Positions 1 through 13,999 are shown, counted from the first letter of the stretch. The stretch: 64,000 bases of DNA from Raillietiella orientalis (GCA_036172245.1 JAYWIR010000003.1:7254001-7318000); one strand, 5' to 3'. Translations and numbers: made by a program. The notes: generated by a model from the letters alone, not told the origin.

Positions 1-594
1 TGCACTTCCTATTTGCTGGTGGCTGCCCACTGCCCTGAGGCGCGTCGCCATGGTGCTTCGAAGGAAGCAACCCGGGATCGCGATCGCTGCAGCCGTTGTG
101 GGTCCTTAAGGCTCTGCTCCGTATGCGGGCGGAAGTGTTGACGCAAGACACTCCCATTCTCAAACGGAGGGTGCCACCGCAGTCCAGCAGCTGGAGCGAG
201 GGTGATTCCGTCCCCTTTCTCCTCTCTTCCTCTTTCTCTTTCTCAAGGCGCAGCCCCTGTCCGCCGCGGGTGGGCGGCGGGGAAGGATGTTTGGAGTGGG
301 GAGGAGGAGGAGCAGAACGCTCATGGAAGGACCACTGGGGACCGCGGGTGGGGAGAGTCCACTGCCGTCTCGCCTCGGCAGTTCGCGGAGTGGGACGCCC
401 TTCCTTTCTTCGCTGAGTCCGCCGCTGCCAGCCGAGGAGGTTTCGACCCCACGGAAGGTGACTCAGAAGAACAGGGGCATTTCGGAGCTCCGACATCCCT
501 TCACTACCCCTTTCCTGCATAGCGACCCACGGACGTGACCCCCACTCCTTCGTCAGGGTACTCCGGCGGCGCTTCGACACGAAGTCGCAGCGGG

Positions 595-722
595 ATAGGA
601 GGAGGAACAGAGGGGGGGAGGGCAAGAAGAAAAGGAAGACAGAAAGGGAGGAAGGGTGAGGAAGGGAAGAGAAGCGGAAAGGGAGGAAAGGAAGAGGTGG
701 AGGAAGGAGAAAGGAGAATGGA
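595..722. repeat. Polypurine (GA-rich) low-complexity tract
   Basis: ~125 bp made almost entirely of G and A. Confidence 0.9.
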
Positions 723-3079
723 ATTGCAGCTGCAGCTAAAGGGAAAGATGACTCCATGGCACGTTGCTTGGCGAGCAGCGGACTTCCACTCTGGAAGAAG
801 GGACCGCACCGATGCTTCTGTGTAGGCGAGGGATAGGGGACGCTCCACTTGGTGTCGGCGCCTTCATTGGGTTGCGTTCGCGTGAGACGTCGCTTGAGAG
901 AGGGCGCGGCCATCGCTTCCTTTCACCTGCTCCTGATGCAGCCTTCCCGCTCGTGTGTCGCGCTGAGCTGTCCTCTATGACTGCTTCCTCGCAGGCCTCC
1001 CTCTTCGTCTTGTCAGGTCACGGGAACGTATTAATTTTTCTGTTTTTCTCTCGCTCCGAGGAGATGGCAAAAAAAAAAAAAAAAAAGTACGACGAGCGTG
1101 TTCTCCCAACTTCCGCACGAGCACACATTAACTTTCTTCCCTGGGGATCGGCTCTGGCACGCATCCGTTCTTTTCTCTCTCCTTAGTTTTTTGGGCACTG
1201 ATGCGTTTTGGAGTGAGAAGCCCCCTCCTGAGGAGATGCCCTAATCAATCCTGGTAGGGTTATAAATACCGGCGTTTCTTGCGTCTTCTTGTAAGCCGAG
1301 CGCTGGAGACCGGATCTCCTGCAAGTGGATCCAGTGTGTCTGCCTTTCGTGCCCGGACGCCGGCGCGTACTCGCCGTAGACCAGATGGAGTCCACGTCTT
1401 GCCTGCGCCAGCCTTCGCTCCTGAGACGCTCCATCACCTCTGGTGCCCCGTGAGCTCGCATGGCTTCCGATCCTTCCGTTTCGGCGAGGACGTGTTCCTC
1501 CGCGCATGCCCATGAGGGGCTGCGCTCCCTCGCGTTCCCATTCCGAAACGCCCACAGCTGGATGCAGGGAAAACCCTCGGCTGGTTCCCGGAAGTTCCGC
1601 TGCATTCGAGTGGGCAACTCTAAGGTTATCTGAAATTGCCCCAGGGCTGCCCGCCATCGAGACCGAAAGAAGAGACTTTTTCGGAGCTTTTCGAAACCCT
1701 TTTGGAATCGCTTGCCAACTCGAGAATTTCGAGGCCGCAAGGAGGAACGTTGGGAAGCCACAGGAGGCGAATGGAGACGCCGCTTGCAGGAGCAGATCCA
1801 GTGGGATGGAAACTCGAGTTTGGCCCAGGTGAAACGCCAAGCCTCAGAATCCCGATTCCTCATTTTCTGGAGGATTTGTCCTGCCGACTGGAATCCGCTT
1901 AAGGAACGGACTTTCACGTGCAGGGGAGAACGCGCAAGAACCACCAAGCGAGAACGCGCGAGCCCCATTTCTAAGTGCACCTCTTGGAAAGCGCCAGGAT
2001 TCTCCAGAAAGAGAGGAAAGAGAGGGTGGCTGCAAAGAGCCCTTCTGCTTGCGAGGAGGTTCCCAGGGATGACATCAAACTTCTCGAAGATGTGTCTCGA
2101 TCCCCTGCGGATTCACTCTGAGGTGATCCTCGAGGAAGGACGGCCGCTTTTACCTTTAGCGGGAAGGAAGTCCTCAATGCTGTCTCTCCGGGCATCACTC
2201 CATTCTGAACCCCGGCGATCGAGGAGCCCGCGAGCAGATGAAACACCCTTCTGCCCGAAGTCTGTGCCCGCTGGCAAATTCGTTTCCGACTCCAAAGGCG
2301 ACCTTGGACTTCCGGTCGCTTCCCCAGACATCCCTCCCTCTCTCTTCCGTCGCTTGTCATTCCATCGGCCTAGCCGGCTGGGGAGATGGAGCGGCGTGAC
2401 CCACTTGCGTCTCCTCGGCGGACGACTCTCGATTCCCTCACCGTTGTTATGGGAACCGGAGCATTTCTCCCGCGATCGTCGGGAATTACCAAATAACAAA
2501 CGAGGAGCCAAGTGATGCCCTGTGTTCCGTTCCTTCCTCTGCACAGCGCCGTCACCTGCCCGTGACACGTAATTTATCCATTCATTAGCGAGTCGACGTT
2601 CACTAACCTGCTCGTAATTCGTTTCCATGCGACGTGTTACTCTGGTAATCTCCAAAGGACAGCGCGATATTGCACGGAATGTTCCTGAGAGCTTGATTTT
2701 TAAACCGGAAACGGATGTCACCTCAGCGCGAGCATTATCCCCGAAGCATTATCACGTTATCTCTGACTGTTTCGCCTCTCCTCCCGGCTCCGAAATTTCG
2801 ACACGAGCGAGGGACCAGCTGTATACAACACTCGCCGCGCCGCCCCCCGCCCTTCGGTCCAAACCGTCCCATCCAACTTCTCTTCCGCGAGTGCCACTTC
2901 CCTGCATTCCAGGACATCTTCCTGGAGGGGAATTCACAATGCACAGCGTTTCCCTTGAGGAATTTTTGGAGCCAAAGAGGGAAAAAGGAGGCAGAAACCC
3001 GACAATCCGATCAACGTGCCCCCAGTGAAAAGGGAACAAAAAAGGGAAGAAGGAAGTAAAATGGCAGCTGGTGTCAGTG

Positions 3080-4690
3080 AAACATCGTGCGAAGATGAAG
3101 AACGGAGGGGCGAGGAGGGAATCGAAGCACCGAAGAGCGTTTCCTTGAAGATAGGCGATCTTTAATAGGGGACTCCTGGGAGCGCAGCGAGTCGGCAAGA
3201 GCCAACCAGGAGCGAAAAAGTGCGTGTCCCACATCTGCGTGGTTTGAAGATTTTTTCTTTGGGACCGTTCCATCTTGTGACCAGCTTCCGCAGCTTTCCA
3301 AAGGCGGAGAAGCTCTTGGGACTCTAGATTAGTTTCCTGGCTGCAGATTGGGTGTAGGGGTGCATGTGTTCTTCCATAAAACTGGAACCCGAAGATCCCA
3401 AGTCCCAGGATGAGGATGTGACCAGCTGCTGAGTTCTTCCGAGGCTTCGCCGGGTCACCCGGTAAATATTCCTGGATGCGTCTCTCTCCTGAGGGGATGG
3501 GAGGGGGGCGAACGTGGCGCAACGTTTGAAGTATGTCCTCTTCCCGAGGAGCCAGCGGTGTCCCGTACGTCCGCGGACTCGCTAGCGGGAGCCCGCCCCC
3601 GGAAGTTGAAGAACGAAGCTGGAGGAGTTTTTCTGGCTCTTCGCTTCCTTGCATGCCTCCTTTACGACTCCCTTGTGGATGCATTAGCAAAGAGAGTTCC
3701 CCTCCGTTCCCCTTTCTGCGAAGAGCGGAAAAAGCGGGGAACATCCTGCTCTCAATTCCCTGGCATTCCAGGGAACGGTTCGAGGAGACGGAACCTTGAC
3801 CTTACGCGAAAGACGGACGCCATCCACGACGCGCCGCTTGCCGAATGAGCAGCTGCGTCGGACCGCAGGGCGATGAGGCCGCTTGCTGTGTCCCTCGCCC
3901 TCCTTCGAGAGGCCCATTTCCTTACCGATCTTCTTCCCGTGCGGAAGGAAAGCGAACAGGAAGGGAAGAGGGAAGAAGGGAAGAAAAAAGGTGGATGCAG
4001 CGAACTCTCCTCGCCCCGTGTGGTGCTGCCGCAGCTGTCGCAAGAGCGCGCTCGCGCGACGTGGTTCCGGCCGTCAGGCAACTGGGAGGGGCGCACCGAA
4101 ACGGCCCTCCAGCTCGCGAGAGCTCGAGAGAGCAAGGAGTCGCTCTCCTTGGGGTCTTCCCGGAAACGCTCCAGCGACGATCTCGTCCTGGTTCGGGGAA
4201 ACGCCCGAGCTCTTGGTCGGAAGTGTGCCCTTCAAGTGGATGCACGCGGAGAAAACGGGAGGAAGAGCTCCTCCCCTTTTGGCGAGGTGTGACTGCACGC
4301 GTCTGAGCGACCACCCTTTCAAGACCGGAGGTCAGCTGACTCCGGAGTCTGCGTGTGCTGTAACGGAGAAGCGAGAGTCTCTGCTCTCGGAAAACTCCGT
4401 CGTGTTCCCCGTAGCTCCCGCTTCCTCGGGAACAGCGGACTCACCACGTTTCCCTCGGCCTCCTGAGGAGACCCGACTCGTCGCTTCACACACGGGTCTC
4501 CCCCAGGAATTCCCTGAGCCAAGAACCCCTCGCGGAAAGGAGACCACCAGTTTCCTGCCAGCACTCCGTGCTGCGGAAGCAAAGGAGCCGCCGCTGCGTT
4601 GAGGCATCACAAGGGCTCGCATGGAGCATTCGGTGTCGCCAGAGGCCCCACATCCGAGTGCTCACCGGGCGCTGCCTCACAACGAGAGGA
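3080..4690 (-). mobile_element. Highly decayed L1/Tx1-like ORF2 (APE start + late RT motifs)
   Basis: In order on the minus strand: TRMWGL...CWQET (~4660-4550, cf. TLNVRGL/LQET), KGVVKEAC (cf. RGVRQGC), ESADV (cf. YADD), ILILGLGIF (cf. KILGI). Confidence 0.4.
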
Positions 4691-5670
4691 GGTTTTAACC
4701 CGAGACGTTTATTCTGCAAAAAAAGAAAACAAACCACAATTTTGAGGGGAAGAAGGGTATCCCCTCAAATAAACAAGAAAAGCCAAAAAAAAAAAAGCTC
4801 GTAAAGGATGACCACCGTCATGCAGGCCGGCTTCCAAAAAGTAGGGAACGGAAGGAGAGGGCAATGAGTAAATAAAAAAGAGGGAAGGGAGGGGCAGATG
4901 TCTTTGGTTTAAGATGTTCCTTTCCTTCTAGAAGCGATTCTGGACGGTGCCGATCTCCCTGACGATTTCTGGCAAATGAGGTTACCTTGCTGCTGCCCTC
5001 ATGAGGACTACTGCCATGCTGGTGGCCTGTTCTCGCCGCGAACTTTTTCCCAACACATGTCGGGCTGTCACTGTAGCGCGGATGCAACCGATTGCTGCGA
5101 TCACAGCGCCTTTTTTCAGCCTGCCTCTGGTGAAGAAGCGTCGCAGAAGGTTAGTGGCAGTGTCCTGGGGCTAGCGGAGTGTCGAAGCGAATCTCCGCCA
5201 CATCGGCACTTGTCCTGCAGGGCACTGCAGTATAACGAGAGGTGCAGGGGCGATTCCATCGCCTTGCACCTAAGGATGGCAGCTCCCCCGGAAACCAGCG
5301 CAGACACCTGGGTGTCTGCGCTGGTTGCATTGGAATTCCCAGTGCACAAAAAGCAGAACATCCTCAACAGAGAGCGAAGAGGGAAAGTCGCTGTGACCGT
5401 GCAGAGTTCATCTGGTCGGCACAGCTGACAGGACTGTTCTCCCCCTTCTCCCCCCTCCTGATCCGCCGCTGGCACCATCCTCTGCTCCACGGGCACTGCA
5501 GGCCGATGTGACGCTGCCACCCCCGCCCAACAGGAAATGGAGTTCCCTTGAACCGTTCCGGTGGACGCAGGTGGGTGTGGCAGGGGAGGAAGAGATCGCT
5601 TGCACCCCTCAAGGACTGATGACCATGACCAGAGTCCGTCGGCCACCTTCCTTCCTTGTCGCGAGGAACC
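4690..5670 (-). mobile_element. Diverged Tx1-like 3' fragment
   Basis: Minus frames give RKEGGR (GGLG-position motif, ~5650) and CKAMESPLHLSLYCSAL (degenerate zf-RVT). The 3' module at 4690-4850 includes the stem 4741-4769 and aataaacgtctcggg. Confidence 0.5.
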
Positions 5671-5697
5671 TGGGGCCCTCTCCCCAGGTTCCTCGCG
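5660..5697. repeat. Perfect 16-bp inverted repeat with 6-nt loop
   Basis: cgcgaggaacctgggg-ccctct-ccccaggttcctcgcg. Confidence 0.95.
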
Positions 5698-6194
5698 CGA
5701 GGGAACCTCTCTGTGACTGACGAAAAGGGGTCATCACGCACGTCCGGATCACCCCGAGTGCAGGAACAGATCTGTTCGTGGGGAGGAGGCGCAGCGGGCA
5801 GGGCACGATCGCTCACCACTTGCGATTGGTCCATCCTTCGCTCGGTCAGCATGCACATCCATTTCCTCCCCGGGAGCACCAGCCCGAGGCAAAAAAATAG
5901 GGAGGGGAAGAGGTCAGCCACAACGGAGGGGTCGGGACCGGAATGGCGCCGCCTAAATCAGGGAGGAACGCGAGCCGTGGACCTTCGAAGCTGCGCGACC
6001 TCGCCACGGAAACGGACGACGGGAATCCACTGGCTACTGGCAGCCTGCCGAGCGTTTCGCTCGCGCCAACGGGATTGCCGGATGCAGATCGCGCGCGTTC
6101 ACGTGGCACGGCGTGGACGGGCGTGGTGGGTGAGGAACAACATCGGTCCACACACAAACACACGCATGCACGCACCTATTTGGTTTTTTTTTTC
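5676..6194 (+). repeat. 519-bp direct repeat, copy 1 (identical to 16107-16625)
   Basis: I found no differences by eye. ORF-track entries 5846..6175 and 16277..16606 are identical. Offset 10431 bp. Confidence 0.95.
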
Positions 6195-7509
6195 TCTTCA
6201 CCCTTACTCTTTAACCCTCTTCCCAGACACCCTCCAGCCCCAGCCTACCTTGTCCAAATTTGGGCTTCGTTTCTTCCGCTTCGTGAGGCGGGAGCTTTGC
6301 CTTTGGTGACTCCCCCCACGTGCCCCTTCTTTGACTACCCCCTCATCTTCTTTGATCACCCTATCCTCTTCAGATGCTCTGTCCCTTCCCCTCTATGTGC
6401 CCATCCTCTTCCTCCAGTAAGAGTGTCCGCTGCGTGCCAGCCTGGTGGTGGCCCTGCGGAGGGCAGAAGTCGCCCTTCCTACCTGATCACCTTAGCAACG
6501 AGCGTTTCGGCCTTTTCGCTAAGATCAAAGTGTAGCAACGAGCGTCTCGGAGCAGCCGGGATGCCTGGAGCAATCTCCAGAGTCCCCAGAGTTCTTCCGA
6601 AACCTTTTTGAACAAGTCCCCGTGTGCGTCCTCTCAGGGGTGCCCAGCATTTTATTGTAGGGTGAGGATGAAGCCTTGGTCACAATGGGGGTTCTGGATT
6701 TCCGATTCGATGGCATTTCCCGTGATCCTTCCTTGCCTCTCCTGCCGTGGCTGCCGATCCAGAGGCGTCCACGGTCCACACGAAGGTGGAGGATGAGGTG
6801 CAATCCTGAAGCCTCAAGCAGGAATCGACGGAGACGGAACTGACGCAGGAAAAACTTAGCGTCAAAGGTTCGGTATACTCGAGGTCTGCACGTCCGCCCT
6901 CTGGGCAAAGGATGCCTTCGGGGATGCGCGAAATCCGTCAGGTAGCATTCTCGGCTTCGTCCTTCAGGGGTCATCCTCTAATGGAGTGGTTGGGGGTGGG
7001 CTGCGTAGACTGTCCTCTCGTGCGCTTTCTGGAAGGCACCGACACCATCAGCAGCGAAGTCGCCTCGGTCACCAGAAAACAAAAAAAAGCGCTGGGGCTA
7101 GGGCTGCTTGCAGGGTGAAGGGTCAGGGAAGCTCTCCGGGACTGTGTGAGCCGCACCTCGGCTCCTTGCAGCTGGAGGACGGCCGACCCGCACGCCGCCG
7201 GCGGAGAATGGCAAAGAGGCTTCTGTGGGGTTTGGGGACCCCTCGGGGGAGAGGGCGCCGGAAGGCAAAGGTTCTGGAGCGGAAGGAGAAGGAGGAAGGG
7301 AAGAGGCGGGGGAGGAGGAGTTCATCCGTGTTCTGCTTTCGAGTCACTCCAGGGCACTTCCTGAAGCAAAGGTGTAGAAACGCGGCTCAGAAAAGACCCG
7401 CTTTTTCGCCTTTCCAGGTGAACCCATCGTCTCTAGAGGGAAACGCCAATGCGCCAGTCCCTCATCCCCCCTCTCCTCTTTCTCCTCAAGAGGAACAAGC
7501 TCGCTACTA

Positions 7510-9800
7510 AGGCAAAAAGGGGCTTCAGAAACACCCATCAGCGACTTGCTTTCCCGTCTGTTCAATGGGAACGATGGCCATTGAGCCCTTCTTAATAGAT
7601 ACCATCCTTTCTCTCTGCAGCCCACCTCTCCCTGGAAATGCGTCTGCCGTTCCGGCTTCCATAGGGCTGGTTGGTCGCTCCGGCAGAAGAACTGTGTCCA
7701 CTGGTCTCGTCCAAGAAAACCGAGGAGCCCGGTAAACACGGCAACCGCAGGGTTCCCGCAACGCTCTGTGTCGGTCTGCTTGTCCTCCCATCTTGACCCA
7801 AGACCCTAGCGGACGTCTCCCGCCCATCCATTCTAGGGTTCTCGCAACGTGGCTCCAAGGCGCGTGGAAGCTGCGTCTCTTCGGGAAAACCCGAGGTCGT
7901 TTCCCTTGCCCATGACTCGCAGTCACACCTCTCTATCCCCCATACTCTGGACGAAGCGCGGACCAGAGGTCATTTGGCAAAGAAAGCGAGTGATGGTAGA
8001 GGCGGAAGTCACGTGACCGCGGACTTGCCGCACCGCTGACCAGCCCTCAAATAGAAGCCGTTGGCACAGGCAACCGCTTGTTTGGAGCGTTTCCTCCAGG
8101 AAAGCGGTGGCTCCTAGCAGGAAAACATGTTTGGACTTTTTGTTGTTGTCTTTCCTCCCGGTAACCCGGAGGACATAGTCTCCGATTTTCCGGACGACGG
8201 GAAGCGGAGCGCAGCTCTGAACGGATAGGTCGCTCCTCTGACCTGCCGGTGGAACGCGAATCACGCGAATGGTCTGGCGGCAGTCCTCCTCTAATCCAAC
8301 ACCTAGGAAGTGGCAAAGTGGTGCCACCTCGAAAGTGATCCTCCTTTTCCCTACCACGGGAGCGGGAAGGTCGGCTGATCCTCGGATGCAGACACTGAAA
8401 GAGCGGATGAGGTCCACCCTTGGGCTAGAGTACTCCCGCCACGACCGAGGCCTCTGGCAACCGGAAGCTTGCTCTTGACCTGGCCACCGCGCCCCTTGTC
8501 CGCCTTGTGGCGTCCCCCGAAATCCAACTCTCGGCGAGGCGTGTGTTCCAGCCCGGTGATTCCTGGACGTTCATCTAAAAATAAACAAACCTACAAGCCA
8601 TTGGGAACCGAGTCTGCAGTTCCCTTCATTTCTCGGAATGAGACAACTAACGAAGTTCACAAGGAAAGATCATCGGCACGCAGGCCGGATTTCGAGAGAA
8701 GTCCAGGGCGGGATGGAGGGAACAATAAATAAAAGAAAAAAAAAAGGGAGGGTAAGGATAGGGGTGTTTGGTGTGCCGGCCGCTTCTTTCTTCTCAGAGC
8801 TGGCGCCGAATGCTGGAGATCTCCCTGGCGACTCCTCCCGGAGGTGAGGCCACCCTTGCGAGCCCTTATTAGGTCCTCATTCAGCCGGCTTCAAGGGTGC
8901 GGGCGACCTCCCATCGCTGCGCCCGAGACTCCAACGCACGGCGGGCTGGGACGACGGCGTGGAGGCAGCGTCCTGTTGCCTCATGGCGGCGCCTGCCGTT
9001 TCAGTCCGCCATGAGTGAAGAAACGCCGTAGCAAGTGCGTCGCAGTGTCCTCCGGGTTTGTGGGATGCCAAGGTCTCCTCCGGAGTCCTTCGAGGGCACT
9101 GCAGTCCATCAGGAGGTGGAAACTGCGTTTTTGTTTGGAAACGTCGAGGTCATTTCTCTCGTCCATGTCTTCCCCCATCCCATCCCTGACCTGTAAGATG
9201 CCGCCTTCCCGGAAATCAGGTGCCTGCGCTGCTTGCACCGGAATCCCTGGTGCGAAAGCAACAGGACGTCCCGTTTCGAACGCAACAGGAGAACCGTGCC
9301 GTCTACGCGCGAGGGAGGCACCATGAAGAGTTCTTCGGGGGACACACCAAGCAGATCTCTACGCAGAAGGAGTCTATTCGCCAGCGAGGAGTATCGCTGT
9401 CTGTCAACTCGCACGTCTTCCAGCCGTCCGGAAATTTCCGGACCCCTGCAAGATAGCTTCTGCCACTGAACACTTCTCCCCAACCCGTTTGGCTGCTGTC
9501 GCTGGTGCCCTGAAGGCAGAAGGAGCTGCAGCTAGGGATGGGACGGCTATGCCGGACCACCGAGTCCAGTCCTACAAGATACCCCTGTGAGTTTGCAGAG
9601 AAGCTTCCGCAGGGGACAAGTTTCTTCCGGGAACACCTCGAGAGTGGCAACCTGAACTCCTTCGCCTCCTGTCTTCCGGCAGTCCAATGCTCTTGGGGCG
9701 GTAGGCGATCCGAGGACGCTGAGTGGCAGCAGCAAGTCTTTCGCTGACGGCGTGCGCAGGGACTTGGGGGGTTCCGCACCATTCTTCACGGCCAGCTGCG
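7510..9800 (-). mobile_element. Highly decayed L1/Tx1-like ORF2 (RT region)
   Basis: HKPGGHCDALATAFLHSW (~9060, cf. KSPGPDGL..EFY..FW), HFLGV (~8310, cf. KYLGI) and LRVTGRKDNNKKS (cf. LS..GR...KS) occur in the expected order. Confidence 0.45.
8540..8790 (-). mobile_element. Diverged Tx1-like 3' UTR fragment nested in an older element
   Basis: Contains cggcacgcaggccg (P2-like hairpin), the gggaac/gttccc stem at 8603-8624, and a terminal gatgaacgtccagg...ccggg on the minus strand. Confidence 0.45.
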
Positions 9801-12067
9801 TGCCTTGAATAATGGGGCCTCTTCATAAGTCGGACGGTGGCGTCTGGGGCCGCAGGAGCTCCTCTTTCGCCTCCGGGAACCTTCCAGACGAGGCCGAGAA
9901 GCTTGTGAAGAGCGAAAGAGCGTGCTGCTCCGCCGGTCTTCTCATCCGCTCCCGGATCCATCGTGGTCAGCTCAGCATCTTTCATCCCAGCTCCCTTCGG
10001 GGTAGTCCAGGATCTGGAGCAGGAAGGGACGCATCCTTCGAGACTGCTTCCATGCTGCTGGGCAGGGGAAAGCAGCACATCTGAGCTGAAGGCCGGCGGA
10101 GCGAGAGGGATGCTCGAATGCCGACAGGCCTCTTTATCTATCCTCCTGCCGGACAGGGCGCTTGCGTTGCTAAACGAAGGCGGTAGTGACGTAGAGTGGG
10201 GTCTCACTCCCCACTGAAGCCGCGCCCACGAAAGAGGAAGGCGCTTACTTGCTGGCGAAAGGACTCCGGGACTCAGAGGCAGAGGGAGGCAGCTCCGAGC
10301 TGCTCTGTCTTCCTCCCCCGAAAGAGTGATGACCCCGGAGCCTCCGCCTGCCCCACCATTCGCAGCGAGACAGTAGAGCTGACCCCATGGCGGTGCTCGT
10401 CCTCCGCTGCCATCCTCGGTGAGGCGAACCTCCGTGGAAGGTAGAGGTATGCTACCCTCCATGGCTGCGCAGCACCGCGTGAGGTCGTCCGCTCCGGGAA
10501 TGGGCCGGAGAGAAGCCACGCCGCTCCTCCTTCGGAAGGCTTTTGGAAGAACCGAACCGTGGGGTCAACCTCTCAGACTGAAGGGCTGATCCTTGCAAGT
10601 ATCTGTCCACCCGAAGCGGCCAGCCTCTCTGGACCTGGTAGCTGCGGCGATTTCGTTCATCCCTTTGAGTTTTGTTCCCGTTTCTCCTCCCTCTGTTTCC
10701 GACAGCTGTCTCTGACGTGCTCTTTTCGCGCGGATTCCTGTCTCGAAAGTGGGAATATCCTGACGCGGGCGAAGCCGCCATTCTGGCCACCGCGCGAAAT
10801 GCTATTTCCGGCAGATCTGCGATCCTCTTGGCGGTCTTCTCTTGGAAGATGCTGACTTGGGCAGCAGCGATCCCTCTTCTCACCTCCGGCCTCTGGTTCT
10901 GCGGCTTATGCTCGCGAGCTGCCGTCGCTGCCGGGAAAGCTCCCGGCGACGGAAGAGCCACGCCTAACCTAACCTCTGTGACCGTGGAGGCGGCAGTGGC
11001 GTGGAAAGGGGAGTCCTCGCGCCGCGATCGCACAGACTCCTCTCCCCTCTTTCTCTTCCCGCTCCGGCAATGGAAGCGACGACGGGACACCCAGGATCCG
11101 CGCCGGGACCTCGGGGCAGCAGGCGCAGGGCTAGCTGAAGTAGGGAGTTCACGGAGAGGGAGGGGAAGGAGCTCCCGCCTGAGGATGTGAGCAACCAGCA
11201 CGAGAGGAGGGTCCGCGCTATCCGGCAGCGGAAAGTCCTGAAGCCAGAACCGCCCTCCGGGTGTCCACTAGTGACCCTCGGGACTCCGCGTTTGCGGGGG
11301 GCTGCGGCGCGAGGTTGCACGCGCGAGCCGGTTGAGCGGTCCGAGGGGTCTAGTGCGCCCTGGTCATGGGTGCGTGTTTACCTCCGGGACGCAACAGGAG
11401 AGAAGAGGGCTCTTTGAACATCGCGTAGCCAAGATAGAAGAAGGGGACGAGCCCCTGTCCGGTAGGGAGGGGAGAAGCTATTTCCTTTTTTTTGGTCCCG
11501 TCGGGTCTCAGAAGGACGAGCGGCTCTCCTGGAAAAGTGGACCGCTCTCAGGCGCTGGGCTGCCCTTCTTAAGAAGGGGAGGAACCGGTGTCGGCGAAAG
11601 GAGCGCCGCATCACTCGCGCGGCATCCGATTCAGCGACTGACAGGAACGGCGATGGATCTGCCAGGATCGTCGCGGGAACGACGGGGAGCCTGCCTGACC
11701 TTCTCTCGTCCTGTTCTTGGCGCCACCATCGACCTCAGCGCCTTCCACTGCAGACGAAAGACGTGAGGTTCCGCGACGGCTCTGCTGCCAAGTTTGCCTG
11801 CTGCCGACTCGCAGTGGGGCAGTCATGATTGCGCTCCCAGTGAGAGCCCCTATTTTTCAGCAGAAGTGCGGGGGAGGAGGTCGCCGTTTTTGAAGCCAGC
11901 GAGGAGCTCATCGCTTCAGTTTCTCGAGAGTGAGAAGAGCGTCCAGGAGGAGCTCCTGAGGTTCCCGCACACAAGAATTCCGGCGATGCTACTCTTGCTG
12001 GGAGCTCATCCCTTACGCTCCAACTGTCCCGAAACTGCACGGGAACTTCTGCAGCTCAGCGATCCTT

Positions 12068-12230
12068 TATTCCTCCTCCTTTCTTCCTCCCTTTCTCCAC
12101 CCTCTTCCTCCTCCTCTTCTTTCCTTCTTCCTTTTCCTCCTCTTCCTCCCGTTCTGCTGCTCCTCCTCTTTACCTCTTCCTTCTTCTTCCTTCTTTCTTG
12201 TTCTTCTGCCTCCTCCTCTTTTTACTGCTT
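12068..12230. repeat. Polypyrimidine (CT/CCT/CTT) low-complexity tract
   Basis: ~160 bp made almost entirely of C and T. Confidence 0.9.
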
Positions 12231-13999
12231 CCCCCCAGCCCCGCCCCCGTTTCTTTAACTTCTCCCCAAGGATGGCGGTAGGGCAGGCGGGAACCATCAA
12301 GGGCTCTCGGCTTCGCTTTGGCTCCAAGCAAATGGCTTGACCGACAGGGGGGATGAAAATTCCGGCGGAATTAGCCCGCTATCTCGAGGATTTTCTTCAG
12401 GGAGACTGTGTGCGAGGCTCGAGAGGCAGGGAGACGCGTTGTTGGACTCCTGCCTGCCTGCCGGATTTCCCTGGTGGGGAGAACCTGCCGCTCTTGGTCT
12501 CTGACAAGAGGAACGCCTCGGGGCTCAGCCCTCGTGGATGGAAGAGCGCGTGCACATCGCCGGGGTTTCGTGCCCAGCAGGGGTCAGTGCTTGCCCCGGC
12601 GGTGGAGCACTTGTGCCATCCTCGGGTAGGCGTGGAGGCACAGGTTCCCGTATCGCGTCACTCCATTCGCGGCGAAGGTCACGAAGATGAGGGTTCGAGG
12701 CGGGGCCCTCAGGAGCAACGGGGAAGCACCTGTGCGGCCGCCAAGAGAAGAGGTCCGCAGTTAGGTCGACAACGTCTACGGCCCCATTCATTTCGTTGCT
12801 CAGTAAACCAGCTCCGCTCCAGCGCTCTTGCCAAGCTCCGAGAGGCGACTTTGAGCAGGAAGGACTCCATAAATTTCTCCTCCCGGAGCCATCATTAAGC
12901 GGGGGCATGGCGCGACATAGACGGCCCGCACGATGCGTCCCGGAATCGTTCTGCGCGTGCTGTCTCCCTTTTATTGGCGCCACCCAGAGAGTCGTCGAAA
13001 TCCGAAAAGGAGCCATTCCCCCCTTCCCTCCTCTCCTGCTTCCGTACCGCTCAGCCGCGAGAGGTGACGCGTTGCTCAAGAGCTCGTTCCTCAGTCCAAA
13101 GTGACGGTTGTTGGCGGCCCGAGTGGCTGCCGAGCGTGGTCCAAGAGGACGAAAGAGCAGACGCAGCTCACTGCGTCCCCGCCATTTTTCAGGCGCGAGC
13201 TCTCGCGGGCAGACGTTGCGCATTCCGCCGGGAGGCTCGTGGATCGCCGAATTTTTCCAGAGGACTGGGATAGTCGCGAGTCGAGCGCCACTTCCCGGTT
13301 TGTCGGGACCTTGCTTCCCACTTTCCTCCCCTCCGCCAGTCTGTTGATGCAGCCCCCCGCCGCCGCGGCCCTTGCAAACTTTGCTCGCCCCGCAGATGGC
13401 ATAATTTGGTTTGGGAGGAACCGCAGGAAGACGCGCACAAAAAGCCATCCCTCCGGTTCGGCCCCAGACGGAAGCTGCTTTCGCGAACGCAGGGGACGCT
13501 TCCCCTCTCTCCGGTTAACAGCATTACGGAATGATCAGGCAAAGAAGTCCCCCGAGGTCGCGTTTTCCTCTGCCTCCGCCACTGCTGCGAGAGGGAGGGC
13601 GCTCGCGCTCCAAGAAAGACCATTTCTATGGAAACGGCTCCACTCCTCAAACGCCCCGAGCTCGTCACGCTAGCGGGGTCGATGGGTGTCTCCGTCTGGC
13701 GCTCCGCAAGGTCCGATGTGGATGCGCATCCCGCCGACGGCGGGGAGGGCCCGCTTCCATGCCACTGACCGATGAAGAGACGCGCACGCGTTTTCCTCGG
13801 AAGCCGCTAGAGTCTCGAGTTAGGAAGCTGTTTTCAGGAAGATGGATAGACCCCCCGCAACCCTCCTCGTTTGTCGGAACACCACCCGCTGTCTTAGGCG
13901 GTCGCGGCCGCACCCTGTCCAGAGAGACTCGCTTTCGTAAGACTCGACGCGCCAGCACCCGCTGTCGGTGAGCCTTCCGGGAGAGATGGTCAGCTAAGG

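Noticed and set aside
6493..6550. 18-bp near-direct repeat tagcaacgagcgtYtcgg spaced 40 bp apart (CRISPR-like spacing)
   Set aside because: Only two units, eukaryotic context, no cas genes.
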